Below the pieces are notes generated by a model, which was not told the origin of the DNA, did not search any database, and saw only the letters and a program-made list of their open reading frames with translations. A stretch of DNA of 64,000 bases from Candidatus Woesebacteria bacterium. Its GTDB lineage: Bacteria; Patescibacteriota; Microgenomatia; UBA1400; UBA12108. Positions 28,956 through 38,928 of the stretch are shown here, in pieces (the stretch's first letter is position 1; every line of letters starts with the position of its first letter). A program made the translations under genes and the position numbers. The stretch spans positions 15,222-79,221 of the forward strand of contig JAGOVG010000001.1 of the NCBI GenBank assembly GCA_018060845.1, given 5' to 3'.

Positions 28956-30608
28956 TTATACCGAGCTATCGTCAGAATCGAGGGTTTCTTTGCTCTGTGA
29001 TAGTGCTTTGTGCCAGTTGCCAATTTTTTCCACTAGCGCGACAAAGACTGTTAGCTCGCGGATTTTGAGGAAGTACGAGAGCGTGATGTAGACACCGATC
29101 CCAATTAGACCAACAGAGAGAGTCAGCATAATAAGAGGTAGCGTGCGGGTAGTGTCAAAGACCATTCTGTCTAGTACGCGCAGAGGCACCCAGAGGGCAA
29201 AGCCAGTGATAACGGTCGAGAGGAGGATTTTGCTGAGTGGGACAAGAAGATCCCGGAGGGAAAACTTGGCGTAGCCATAGAGGATCGCGGTTAAGACAAT
29301 GGTTTCGAGAATGCTCGCGACGGTGATCGCAAACGCCATCCCCAGGATCCCGGCCTGAGCCACAAAGAGAAAATAATAACTAACGCTCACATTAATAATA
29401 GTAGAGAGGAGGTTGGCGATTAGTGGCACTGTGGTGTTGTGGAGCGCGTAAAAAACCCGGACCAAAACGTGGGTGAGTGACCGTGCGGCAATGCTTAAGG
29501 CTAGGATCGCTACTAGCTTGCCAGTTAGGACAGTCTCGGCCCAGGGAAAAGAGTCGGCACCATACGCGAGTCTAACTAGCGGGATGCGCAAAACCAAGAC
29601 TATTGCAGACAAAGGAAGTGCCAAATAGAGCATCTCGAGGATCGTGTGATTGACCATAGTCGAGAGCTCCCCGCGCTCGCGGCTGCTCGCGTTTTTGGCA
29701 AAGAACGGGAGAGAGGCCTGGCCGATCGGCACGCCAATTAGCCGGACTGGCATGGCAGAGAGCTGCTGTGCGATCGCCATTAGGGTGACTGTGCCAGTGC
29801 TGAGCCAGGACGAAAAGGTAACAATAATCGTAGCCTCAATCTGAGTGAGAGAGAGCGTTAGGACCCGCGGACCCATGAGCCGCATCATCTCGGCTACTGC
29901 GGGGGATTTTGGCGAGATAGTTGGGGTATAGCGAAACCCTAGCTGGTGAGCAAGTGGGAGCTGAGCTAGTAGATGTAGTACTGCGCCTAGGACGACACCA
30001 ACTGCGGGGCCGTAGATACCAATGGTCGGACCGAGTACGATAATACCAATGATGATGCCGAGGTTATAAAGTATGGGAGAGAGCGCGGGGATCAAAAAGC
30101 GCTGGTTGGACTGGATGATGCCAGTTAAGAATGAGGAAAAGCCAAAAAAGAGCTGGGCTGCAGCCATGATGCGTGTCAGGTTGGCCATGAGGTCAAGTTG
30201 AGAACTCTCAAATCCCCCAGCGATCACACCACTGAGCGGGCGTGCATAGATTAAGAGGAGGATAGTGAGAACCAGCATGACTAGCATAATCGCATTGATC
30301 ATGGAGCTAGCAAGCCTACTACTCTCACTCTTATTACCTAGATATTTAGAAAATACTGGGATAAAGGCAGATGAGAGTGCGCCCACGATGATGATCTGAA
30401 AAACCATGTCGGGCAGCCTAAAGGCAGCCCAAAAAACATCGAGAACAGCGGTGTCGTTGTAAAAGTAAGTGATTAATAGCCTGGTACGAATTAGTCCGAG
30501 GACAGCGGAAGCTAAAGAGGCCCCCATGATCACTGTGGCTGCCGAGAGGATTGAGCTGTTTTCTTTGACAAAGAGCGACCGGCCATTATTAATTAATCGT
30601 TTGAACAT
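28956..30608 (-). CDS. murJ: Lipid II flippase MurJ (MviN)
   Basis: About 14 TM helices; typical MurJ N-terminus. Confidence 0.82.
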   Translation of the reverse strand: MFKRLINNGRSLFVKENSSILSAATVIMGASLASAVLGLIRTRLLITYFYNDTAVLDVFWAAFRLPDMVFQIIIVGALSSAFIPVFSKYLGNKSESSRLASSMINAIMLVMLVLTILLLIYARPLSGVIAGGFESSQLDLMANLTRIMAAAQLFFGFSSFLTGIIQSNQRFLIPALSPILYNLGIIIGIIVLGPTIGIYGPAVGVVLGAVLHLLAQLPLAHQLGFRYTPTISPKSPAVAEMMRLMGPRVLTLSLTQIEATIIVTFSSWLSTGTVTLMAIAQQLSAMPVRLIGVPIGQASLPFFAKNASSRERGELSTMVNHTILEMLYLALPLSAIVLVLRIPLVRLAYGADSFPWAETVLTGKLVAILALSIAARSLTHVLVRVFYALHNTTVPLIANLLSTIINVSVSYYFLFVAQAGILGMAFAITVASILETIVLTAILYGYAKFSLRDLLVPLSKILLSTVITGFALWVPLRVLDRMVFDTTRTLPLIMLTLSVGLIGIGVYITLSYFLKIRELTVFVALVEKIGNWHKALSQSKETLDSDDSSV

Positions 30609-30686
30609 ACGTACTAGTTTATAGCAGGTGGCTCATAGTTAATAGGTATTGTGATTTGCAGGATTACTTGATAAAATGCCCCCCAT

Positions 30687-30935
30687 ATGCCAATAACCAA
30701 ATCAGCGATCAAAAAACAAAGAGTCGACAAAAAGCGTTTTAGTGTTAATGCGCCTATCAAAGGACAGGTCAAAAGCACCCTCAAGGCCGCTCGCTCTAAG
30801 CCAACCAAAGAGAGTATTGGCGCGTTCTATACCGCAGTCGATCGCGCAGTAAAAAAGAGCTTAATCCCAGAACGAACAGCTTCTCGCTTAAAATCCAGAT
30901 TGGTTAAGCTAAGTAAGAAAAAAGCCTCGATTTAG
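30687..30935 (+). CDS. rpsT: 30S ribosomal protein S20
   Basis: MPITKSAIKKQRVDKKR...; basic helical protein of 82 aa. Confidence 0.88.
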   Translation: MPITKSAIKKQRVDKKRFSVNAPIKGQVKSTLKAARSKPTKESIGAFYTAVDRAVKKSLIPERTASRLKSRLVKLSKKKASI

Positions 30936-30965
30936 TTTTTTTTGTTATAGTGTTACACTTAAGTC

Positions 30966-31538
30966 ATGCAGCTGCCCGCTTTTTTTGGTCGTCGTCGTGC
31001 GATTAATTTATTACCCAGAGATTCGTTTGAGAGTAGTCAGATTGGCATTGTCCTCGCATGGCTTTTGTCGTTTGGCAAATGGGCAGTCATTGTTACTCAA
31101 CTGATCGTGATGGGTGCTTTTTTGTGGCGATTTTCGCTAGACCGGGAACTTACTGATCTCAAAAAATCGATAGCAAAGAATGTAGCGATAATTAAATCGT
31201 ATGATCAGATTGAGCGAGACTTTGTGCTAACGCAAAAAAGACTTACTACAGCCAAGACCGTAATAAGTCAGCAAAAGGCTATTACCGAAGAACTAGCAGT
31301 ACTCGCCTCCTCGACTCCGGTTGATGTTTGGTACGAAAAACTCACGCTCACCCCGACCTCTACCACTCTCTCGGCATATAGCAGATCTCTACCAGGATTT
31401 AGCCAATTTTTGTCGAGTGTACAGCGTAACCCTAGATACGGCGGGGTGTCTGTTGCCCGGATCCAGGACGGTGGAGCCCAAAATGCTCAGATGCAGTTTG
31501 AGATCAGTATGAACCGAGCTAAGGAGAGTGCTAAATGA
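30966..31538 (+). CDS. pilN: Type IV pilus assembly protein PilN-like
   Basis: N-terminal INLLP motif (RRRAINLLPRD, the PilM-binding peptide), then one TM helix and a periplasmic coiled-coil. Confidence 0.62.
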   Translation: MQLPAFFGRRRAINLLPRDSFESSQIGIVLAWLLSFGKWAVIVTQLIVMGAFLWRFSLDRELTDLKKSIAKNVAIIKSYDQIERDFVLTQKRLTTAKTVISQQKAITEELAVLASSTPVDVWYEKLTLTPTSTTLSAYSRSLPGFSQFLSSVQRNPRYGGVSVARIQDGGAQNAQMQFEISMNRAKESAK

Positions 31539-32209
31539 GTTCGACACGAAGACTACGCTTAGATCTCATGCGTTACTACCGACTACCCTCGGTGCAGGTA
31601 TCTATTGGTGTTGTTCTAGCTTTGTTTATCACCGCTTTCTTTATCATGTTTGCGATCAGACCAACATTTGCAACCATCGTGACACTGCAAAAAACGATTG
31701 TAGAGTCGAGAGAAACGCTCAAATTGCTAGAGACCAAAGTAACATCACTCGGCAAGGCCTCGACACTACTTGAAAAAATCAAACCTCAGCTGCCACTACT
31801 AGATAGTAGTATCCCAGCTAACGGCATGAACTATGATGAGATCTCGTACAGTCTGGAGGCTCTAGCTCAGAACACAGAGACTACTCTCGAGTCATTTACA
31901 CTAGGCAAGTCAATACTATCTTCACGCCTAGTTAGTGCATATGAACCAAGTAAAAAAAGTGAGGTGATCCCGAGTCCTATCACTATCCGAATTAATGGGA
32001 CATATCCACAAGTAGTAGCCTACCTTAGTCGACTCGCGAGTACGATCAGATTAACTAGCATCGAGAGTGTGGCCATTATCCGAGATGGCACTGGCTCTAA
32101 TAAGACTGGGACCGGCGGGCTCACCATGACGATTGGCGGGAGTGTGTATTACATGGGCGACACAGCTGCTATTAACAAAGTACTAACTACTAGCGAGGGA
32201 GGCAAATAA
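31535..32209 (+). CDS. pilO: PilO-like bitopic membrane protein
   Basis: Short cytoplasmic N-terminus, TM, coiled-coil (LKLLETKVTSLGKASTLLEKIKPQLPLLDSSIP). ATGA overlap with pilN. Confidence 0.5.
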   Translation: MSSTRRLRLDLMRYYRLPSVQVSIGVVLALFITAFFIMFAIRPTFATIVTLQKTIVESRETLKLLETKVTSLGKASTLLEKIKPQLPLLDSSIPANGMNYDEISYSLEALAQNTETTLESFTLGKSILSSRLVSAYEPSKKSEVIPSPITIRINGTYPQVVAYLSRLASTIRLTSIESVAIIRDGTGSNKTGTGGLTMTIGGSVYYMGDTAAINKVLTTSEGGK

Positions 32210-32210
32210 C

Positions 32211-32570
32211 ATGGCTCACCGCACACTAGTGATGGTTAAGAGGACATATCTACATGTTGGCGTAATAACGCTATTTACGGCGGTTTTGTGGTTAATCATT
32301 ACACTCTATAACTCGATGACTGCAGTTACCGAGGTAGCAGTTGACGCCAATATCAAATCCCCTATCAATCCCTCATTTGACGAAGCGGTGTTTATGGAGG
32401 TAATAGGACGCGAGAATCTGAGTAGTCTATCATTCGAAGCCCCAGCAAGCAGTGAGAGCGCTGTCACAATAAACGAGATAGTGGTCGCACCTGAGGCGAG
32501 TGAGACCCCGGCTGCTGATCCGACTGTAGAGGATACAACAGAAGTAAATACTGAGGTGGCAACCCCTTAA
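32211..32570 (+). CDS. Small membrane-anchored acidic protein
   Basis: TM helix followed by an acidic, Thr/Glu-rich tail. In the same operon as pilN/pilO. Confidence 0.4.
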   Translation: MAHRTLVMVKRTYLHVGVITLFTAVLWLIITLYNSMTAVTEVAVDANIKSPINPSFDEAVFMEVIGRENLSSLSFEAPASSESAVTINEIVVAPEASETPAADPTVEDTTEVNTEVATP

Positions 32571-32608
32571 ATGTGATAGCATGAAATTATATTAGATAGG
32601 CTCGCTTT

Positions 32609-33961
32609 ATGCTTGGCAAAAAGATCCCCACATTCCTAGCTCTACTCCTCCTCGTCTCTATTGGGATCTGGATCTGGATATGGCAGCGAAACAGAGTGGG
32701 CGTGACGAGTAATGAGATAGTACCCCAATCTGTCAAAATAACTAACATTGCAGATAATAAATTTAGTGTGTCATGGACTACCCAAGCACCAACTGTTGGT
32801 TACGTAGAGTACGGGAGTGTGGGAGAGAAGCTAGACAAACAAAAAGGTGATGACCGTGGCGAGAGCTACGCAGGTCTAACACACCATATTACAGTCACTG
32901 ATTTACAGCCTGCGACCAACTATGCTTTTCGCATACTATCAGGTGAGCGCTCGCAGCGCTTTGACAACAATGGCAGTGTCTATACAGCTCAGACAGGTGT
33001 GACTATCTCTAGTGTGCCAGCAGCCAGGAGTTTGTACGGTAGCGTGAGCGGAGCCAGCGAGGATACGATCGTTTATATTGCCCTACCCGACGCGCAGCCA
33101 GCATCCATTACTCTTAACTCTAGCGGCACATATAGTGTCCCCTTGTCTACTATCCGTAACGGTGACCTCACACAGTTTGTGTCATATGACCCGGCCGCGA
33201 CAATAGTAGCTTTGACACTGGATAATGGGGTCGCCAAATCTGAGGTTAATGTCTCGACCACCAATATTACCCCAGTACCAACTATTGCGATGGGTCAGAA
33301 TGCAGACTATAGAGCAGCACCGGGACAAGAGGAGCCAGTAGTCTCGCAGATTGCCCAGGTGGAGCCACAGACCACTACCACAGAGCCTGTCGCAACCGTC
33401 GAGCCATCACCCACTATGGCTGCACAACCTGTAGAGATCTTTAATGTAGAACCGCTATCCAATCCAGAAATCAATGCAGTGACCACGGGTTCGTATACCC
33501 TCACCAACCCTGCTGTCGAGGGTGAGGTACTATCGACCACCAAGCCAGAGTTTAGAGGGACTGGGGCAGCTAACGCCTCTATCACCATAGCAATTAGCGG
33601 CCAAAAAGCCGTCACTGACACTGTTGTCATTAGTGCAGGTGGCAGCTGGAGCTGGACACCAGCTATTGCGCTATCTTTGGGTAAACAAAAGATTACAGTG
33701 TCATACAAAGACAAAGATGGCAAAGCACAGACAATCGTCCGTAACTTTAGCATTACTGCTGCAACTACCACTAGCGAACCAGCATTTGTCTCGACACCAT
33801 CGGCTAGCACTACGACTACTATTGCAACTGCTTCGCCGCGAACCAACCTCCCCGCGACTGATAGTGGTGTTCCTGTTACTGGAGTAATGACGCCTATGCT
33901 ATTGACGGGAGCCCTAGGGTTTGCCATTATGGTAGTAGGCGCATTGTTACTGGCGCTTTAG
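32609..33961 (+). CDS. Surface protein with an FN3-like domain, Thr/Pro-rich stalk and a C-terminal LPATD-plus-hydrophobic anchor
   Basis: Signal-anchor at the N-terminus. FN3-like block (FSVSWTTQAPTVGYVEYGS...THHITVTDLQPATNYAFRI). C-terminus NLPATDSGVPVTGVMTPMLLTGALGFAIMVVGALLLAL. Confidence 0.6.
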   Translation: MLGKKIPTFLALLLLVSIGIWIWIWQRNRVGVTSNEIVPQSVKITNIADNKFSVSWTTQAPTVGYVEYGSVGEKLDKQKGDDRGESYAGLTHHITVTDLQPATNYAFRILSGERSQRFDNNGSVYTAQTGVTISSVPAARSLYGSVSGASEDTIVYIALPDAQPASITLNSSGTYSVPLSTIRNGDLTQFVSYDPAATIVALTLDNGVAKSEVNVSTTNITPVPTIAMGQNADYRAAPGQEEPVVSQIAQVEPQTTTTEPVATVEPSPTMAAQPVEIFNVEPLSNPEINAVTTGSYTLTNPAVEGEVLSTTKPEFRGTGAANASITIAISGQKAVTDTVVISAGGSWSWTPAIALSLGKQKITVSYKDKDGKAQTIVRNFSITAATTTSEPAFVSTPSASTTTTIATASPRTNLPATDSGVPVTGVMTPMLLTGALGFAIMVVGALLLAL

Positions 33962-33962
33962 G

Positions 33963-35519
33963 TTGATGAATATGACTGACCCAAATACACCAACAACTCC
34001 ATCCAGTAACCCCCAGGATCTCATCGACCAGGCACTTGGTGGCACACCTACCCCAACCATGACACCAGATCCAACACCCACAGTTACAGAGCCCACCCTA
34101 CCTACACCAGAACCATTAAGCGCCCCAGTAGTCGTCGAAGATACTCCTGTACTACCCCCAACCGGGACAGTCCCAACGGAGTTAACTACTACCCCTGTTA
34201 TCCCCACGATGAGTGAGCCACCAGTAGATACCAAACCAATGGGTGAAGATATGCCTCTAGCTTTTGCTGGTATTCCTAACGATGTAGCTGCTGATATTAA
34301 CCTTAACAATGTCTCTGCGCCTATCATTGAACCTGTAAATAACGTAGTACCACCAATCTTGACTAATCCCGCCCCAGCCGCGCCAGTGAATAAGGGTAAG
34401 GGTGCAATGTCTAAGGTTAAGATGGTGATAGTCGCTGCTCTAGCTTTCTTTGGTATTGCTAGCGCTACTGGTTACTGGGCTTACAGTCAGTATGGAACAG
34501 TTAGTCCAGCCATAATCGCTGGTATTAAAGATCAGTCTGAAGATACTTGTAGCGGCTGTGTAAATGGTGGATGGATGAGATGGGACAAAAAGACTGGAAC
34601 ATGTAAGCATACGGGTATTTGTGGCAGTGGAGTGCCAGGAAAAGATACAGAAGATCCTGTCATTGCACGAGCAGAGGACGCAAACAGTCCCACTGCTTGT
34701 TCACAGGCAAAAGGGGTATGGTGTGATAGTACTGATTCTGTTGGCAAACGCTACTCATTCTGTATCTCAAATCAAAGTACTACCGGTTGTAATCAAGCAG
34801 CCATTGATAAAGGGTACACTATAACTTTGGGAAAGGTCCAATGTGAGTGTAAAGATGCAAAGATCGGAACTAATGGATGTCAGAACTGGGGGGTATCTGC
34901 AGAAACACTGGCAGCGATGGAAAGTGCTCAAGTTGGATCAAATACTTACAACCAGAACTTAATGGCTGCCACCTCACAGTGCCAGAACGGAGGTAATTTT
35001 AGCGCGGTCTCGTCAGAAGCGTTTATATGTCCTCCTGGTGTGAGCGGACCTTGTACAGCATTGAACGGCAAACCATTCAAAGGAAACTTGGGTTGTTTCT
35101 GTGGAACCGTACAGGTAGATACTCCAAATGGTCACACAAGCTACAGTTCAACATGTGGCTGTAACAAACCAGAAGAAACTCCCAACCCAACTCCTACCCC
35201 AACTCCATCAGTCCCAGTATTTAGCACCCTAATGTGTTCTAACTTGACTCGAACACCTACCACTACTCCGGTAATTGGTGACAAAGTGACATTTACATGT
35301 GTCGGCGCATCAGTACCTGCCGGGAGCGTGAATCTCAGCTACAAGTTCCGCTATAGTCTAAATAGCGGCTCATACATCAACCTCACTAATAAGACAGCTA
35401 CTACCTCAGAACTATCTATTGCAGCATGTGGAAACTATAGCGTAGAGTGCCAGGCATGTGGCACAATTAATGGAGTACTAACCTGTGATCCTAATTGGGC
35501 AGGAGCAACAACACAATGA
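33963..35519 (+). CDS. Pro/Thr-rich N-terminal region, single TM helix, then a Cys-rich (roughly 30 Cys) extracellular domain
   Basis: PT repeats (TPTPTMTPDPTPTVTEPTLPTPEP), a TM helix (VIVAALAFFGIASATGYWAY), then many spaced cysteines. Confidence 0.5.
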   Translation: MMNMTDPNTPTTPSSNPQDLIDQALGGTPTPTMTPDPTPTVTEPTLPTPEPLSAPVVVEDTPVLPPTGTVPTELTTTPVIPTMSEPPVDTKPMGEDMPLAFAGIPNDVAADINLNNVSAPIIEPVNNVVPPILTNPAPAAPVNKGKGAMSKVKMVIVAALAFFGIASATGYWAYSQYGTVSPAIIAGIKDQSEDTCSGCVNGGWMRWDKKTGTCKHTGICGSGVPGKDTEDPVIARAEDANSPTACSQAKGVWCDSTDSVGKRYSFCISNQSTTGCNQAAIDKGYTITLGKVQCECKDAKIGTNGCQNWGVSAETLAAMESAQVGSNTYNQNLMAATSQCQNGGNFSAVSSEAFICPPGVSGPCTALNGKPFKGNLGCFCGTVQVDTPNGHTSYSSTCGCNKPEETPNPTPTPTPSVPVFSTLMCSNLTRTPTTTPVIGDKVTFTCVGASVPAGSVNLSYKFRYSLNSGSYINLTNKTATTSELSIAACGNYSVECQACGTINGVLTCDPNWAGATTQ

Positions 35520-36397
35520 AACCACTAACCCCTACACTCAAAAAATCTATTCAGATCGGACTCGCGGTATTTGCTGTGATTACGATCTCGCTCGGTGTAG
35601 TTTATTTGGTTAGACAACCATCAACAACCCGCCCCACTCCTACACCATCACCAAAAGTAGCGATGAGCACTACCTCACCTGTTCCGGTCGGAATAAATGA
35701 AGTAATACCAGCAGCAAAAGCAAAATGTTCTCTAACCTTTACCGTCGCTTGTATTGGCTCACCTACACCTTCACCATCAATCTCACCCACCCCCTCCCCA
35801 TCAGGCACGCCTATGGTCTATGTGTCCCCTTCACCATCTACCCCAGCTTCGGCTGACCTAGACTGTGTATCAAAAGAAGTATATGCCGACGACTCTCGTA
35901 ATAGAGCTGGCTTCTACTATCTTGAGTCACGAATAGCTGAGGCATCATCACTAGCCTCTGGCTCGACCATCGTTTACAGCATCATTGCCAAGAACCACGG
36001 TGGATCGACTGTCCCAGATACCAAGATTACCGACACGCTATCTTCTAACCTGACATTTGTTGACTCTGACAGTGACTGTACCTTTGATAGTGCTACCCGA
36101 ACTGTTACCTGTACCATCGGCACACTAGCAGCTGGTGCACAAGCACAGAGATCTATCAGAGCGCGTATTAATGTCTCATCCAACACCTCTATTGCTAACA
36201 CAGCCGAAGTATTCTCTAGTAATGGCCAGCGTAACAGCTGCTCGGTCCAGCTAGATGCAACAGGCAAGATAGTAGTACCTCCATCCCCAGTACCAACAGA
36301 GCTACCTGTAGCAGGTGTGTTTGAGGTGACTGCAGGAACGATCGGAGTCGGAGTAGTCTTCTTAATCCTCGGCGCACTAGGTCTACTACTACTTTAA
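35516..36397 (+). CDS. Surface protein with signal anchor, PT-rich linker, DUF11-like repeat domain and a C-terminal LPVAG-plus-hydrophobic anchor
   Basis: ATGA overlap start (MKPLTP). DUF11-like block (IVYSIIAKNHGGSTVPDTKITDTL...CTIGTLAAGAQ). C-terminus TELPVAGVFEVTAGTIGVGVVFLILGALGLLLL. Confidence 0.58.
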   Translation: MKPLTPTLKKSIQIGLAVFAVITISLGVVYLVRQPSTTRPTPTPSPKVAMSTTSPVPVGINEVIPAAKAKCSLTFTVACIGSPTPSPSISPTPSPSGTPMVYVSPSPSTPASADLDCVSKEVYADDSRNRAGFYYLESRIAEASSLASGSTIVYSIIAKNHGGSTVPDTKITDTLSSNLTFVDSDSDCTFDSATRTVTCTIGTLAAGAQAQRSIRARINVSSNTSIANTAEVFSSNGQRNSCSVQLDATGKIVVPPSPVPTELPVAGVFEVTAGTIGVGVVFLILGALGLLLL

Positions 36398-36519
36398 TCT
36401 CCTCACTAGCTAGATAGATTACCCGATTTACTTCACACATACTACCCATATATTAGTCTATTCACGCAGGGCGACAGAGCTTGGTTGGCAATGATTGGTC
36501 TCTCTTATTGCTAATCAGT

Positions 36520-38928
36520 TTACTTCCAGGTAGGAAAGATCTTAAACAAGCTATCCCAGTACTCGGTAGGGAGTGGGTAACCATAGAGCATGGGTGAAAT
36601 TAGGACTAGGGAAATGCAACAGAGCAACAATGCAACATTGCGATATTTGATTGGGAAAGAGAGGAGCCAGCTAGCAAGGATTGGGAGCAGAAAAACGGCA
36701 CTAGGCAAGTAATGATAATAGAACATGATGCGAGGAGAGATGACCCAGGGAATAAAGAGAATAAAGTACAAAGTATAAAGAAGCAAGTATGGGAACCGGC
36801 GAATAAGTGGTAGCTGCAGAATGAGAGCGACCAATCCTAGCCAGAGAATGAGTGGGTTGGCGTGAACATAGATGTTACTTATCACGCCCTCCCCATACTG
36901 CACCCAGTACCACACAGGCCTAGCTCCAAAGATCCATTGCAGCGGTGTGGACTGGTAGCCATGGGTTGCGACCAGTGTCGTGTGGTAATACCACATTTGT
37001 CGGTGCAGCTCCCACCACTGAGCCCAGGTATGACCGGCCAAAATAAAGGGAGCGAACGTCAAAATGTACACTGCAGTAGCAATTAAGATATAGCGTATCG
37101 CAAAGATGAGATGCTTAATATAGTGCATGAAATTTTGCTTTGAAAAGAATGAGTTGTTGTAGCTGTAGAGTAGAGATAACGGAAGAGAACCATAGAGAGC
37201 GCTCCATTTACTACCGAGGGCGAGGCCATAGAGGATAGCGACCATCTTCCATCTAGATTTGACGGCCGCATATAGGGACCAAATATAAAAAGTTAGCATG
37301 TAGCTATCGTTCATCGCAATGCGAGACTGAGCGATATGTGTCCCCTCGATGGTCATCAGGAATGCTGTAAGGAGCGCAAGATTTTTGTTGTTAGTAAGAC
37401 TAGATACAAAGAGGTAGAGTCCTAGGATACCGAGCACTCCCATCACAGCTGAGCCAACACGGTAGCCTAGCTCCCCTTCGCCCAAAACCAACATGCCGAG
37501 GACCATCCCGTATTTGGCAACGGGTGGGTGCGTCCACTCGTAGGCCACGCCCTCGGGCGGCTTGGTCCACCACTCCCATGCTTCGACACGACTGTGCAAA
37601 TATTCTCTCGCAGTAAAGCCATGATAGACCTCGTCAAAGATGTAAGCAGCGGGGTGAGAGAGGTTAACAAAGCGGAGGAGCGTCGCTATGATGAGGATTA
37701 GCATCAGTGACTTATTTGATCTAATAATATTCGTAATCTTTTGGTAAAAATCAGGAACCATTGTGGTTATTAATAGTGATAGCGCGGAGAGCACGGTCGC
37801 ATAAGAACTGATAATAGTGACCCAGATCGGGAGTGGCCAGACTTGATTATTCATCACCCAGGAAAAAGCTGAGTAGAGGTTGAGGATGTAGCAAAGACTT
37901 AAGATTATGTAATGACTAATTAATTTGGGATTATTTATAAGCGCAATGATTAGGAATGGCAATCCAAAGAGAAGATGCCTCTCGTGCATACGAGATGTTA
38001 CGGTATAGAAAATAATGAGAACAAGAGCGCTTAGCTGGTAACTCAGCTTAGGGTCAAACCCTGTCTTAAACCAGGATTTAAATATCAAGAATAGAGAAGT
38101 GAAAAATAAGAATAGTCCAAAGGCATGACCAGAGATACCGAGGAGAGTTAAGTTGTCTGGTACCCAGCTAATGTTACCGGTAATAGTCCAGAGATTCCAG
38201 GCATTAATACTAAGGTAGGGGTAGGTACCAGCCTGCTCGACTGCACGAGAATACATAAAAGAGATTACTTCCCAGGGCATTTTGACAAAAGGCAGTGCTG
38301 TTAAAAAGAAAATGGTGCCAGAGACTAGTGGGAACTGCCATGCCTGCTTCTTTTTGATTGCGACTATCCAGAGGATGGGTGCGATCAGGAGCATGATTGG
38401 CTTGTAAGCCACGGCCAGACCATAGAAGAGTGCAGAGAGCATCGTTGATTTGGTACTTAAGGTTTTTGGTGTGACTAACATCGAGAGTGAAAGCAAGCTC
38501 AGGAGACTCGGGATAGAGTCAACCTGTCCCCAATAAGTGGTGTTGCCAATGGTCGCTGGCGCGAGCAGGAGCAGAGCGATGATCACTTGATTTTTGAGAC
38601 CAGTGGAGCGGATGATAAGAGCTAGGAGCAGGAGCTCGACCACAGTATTGGTTGCTTTAAAGACTAGCGTAAAGTCGAGCGAGAACAATTGACTTAAATA
38701 AGTAGGAAGCGCAAAAGTAAGGATTGGGAGCGGCAGATAATCGGACCAGATACTGCCAAAGAACGCTTGTGGGCCAACTGATAGTAGGTGTGATCCCCAG
38801 GCATGGTATGTACCGATATCATAAGGCTGAGCAGGCAGGGTTAGACCATAGATACGAACGGCTAGCGCGACTACTAGCGTGAGATAAAAAAGATTGAGAG
38901 AACTAAAGATTGTCCGAAACATATTCAT
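36520..38928 (-). CDS. Fused two-module GT-C membrane glycosyltransferase; the C-terminal module is GT39/PMT_2-like
   Basis: More than 20 TM helices. The C-terminal half has YIFDEVYHGFTAREYL and WTHPPVAKYG, the PMT/ArnT-type DE and HPPLaK motifs. Confidence 0.72.
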   Translation of the reverse strand: MNMFRTIFSSLNLFYLTLVVALAVRIYGLTLPAQPYDIGTYHAWGSHLLSVGPQAFFGSIWSDYLPLPILTFALPTYLSQLFSLDFTLVFKATNTVVELLLLALIIRSTGLKNQVIIALLLLAPATIGNTTYWGQVDSIPSLLSLLSLSMLVTPKTLSTKSTMLSALFYGLAVAYKPIMLLIAPILWIVAIKKKQAWQFPLVSGTIFFLTALPFVKMPWEVISFMYSRAVEQAGTYPYLSINAWNLWTITGNISWVPDNLTLLGISGHAFGLFLFFTSLFLIFKSWFKTGFDPKLSYQLSALVLIIFYTVTSRMHERHLLFGLPFLIIALINNPKLISHYIILSLCYILNLYSAFSWVMNNQVWPLPIWVTIISSYATVLSALSLLITTMVPDFYQKITNIIRSNKSLMLILIIATLLRFVNLSHPAAYIFDEVYHGFTAREYLHSRVEAWEWWTKPPEGVAYEWTHPPVAKYGMVLGMLVLGEGELGYRVGSAVMGVLGILGLYLFVSSLTNNKNLALLTAFLMTIEGTHIAQSRIAMNDSYMLTFYIWSLYAAVKSRWKMVAILYGLALGSKWSALYGSLPLSLLYSYNNSFFSKQNFMHYIKHLIFAIRYILIATAVYILTFAPFILAGHTWAQWWELHRQMWYYHTTLVATHGYQSTPLQWIFGARPVWYWVQYGEGVISNIYVHANPLILWLGLVALILQLPLIRRFPYLLLYTLYFILFIPWVISPRIMFYYHYLPSAVFLLPILASWLLSFPIKYRNVALLLCCISLVLISPMLYGYPLPTEYWDSLFKIFPTWK

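Noticed and set aside
33307-34327. Minus-strand ORFs of 206 and 126 aa within the surface-protein genes
   Set aside because: They are antisense to Thr/Pro/Ala-rich coding sequence, which always yields open mirror frames. No RBS or motifs are present.
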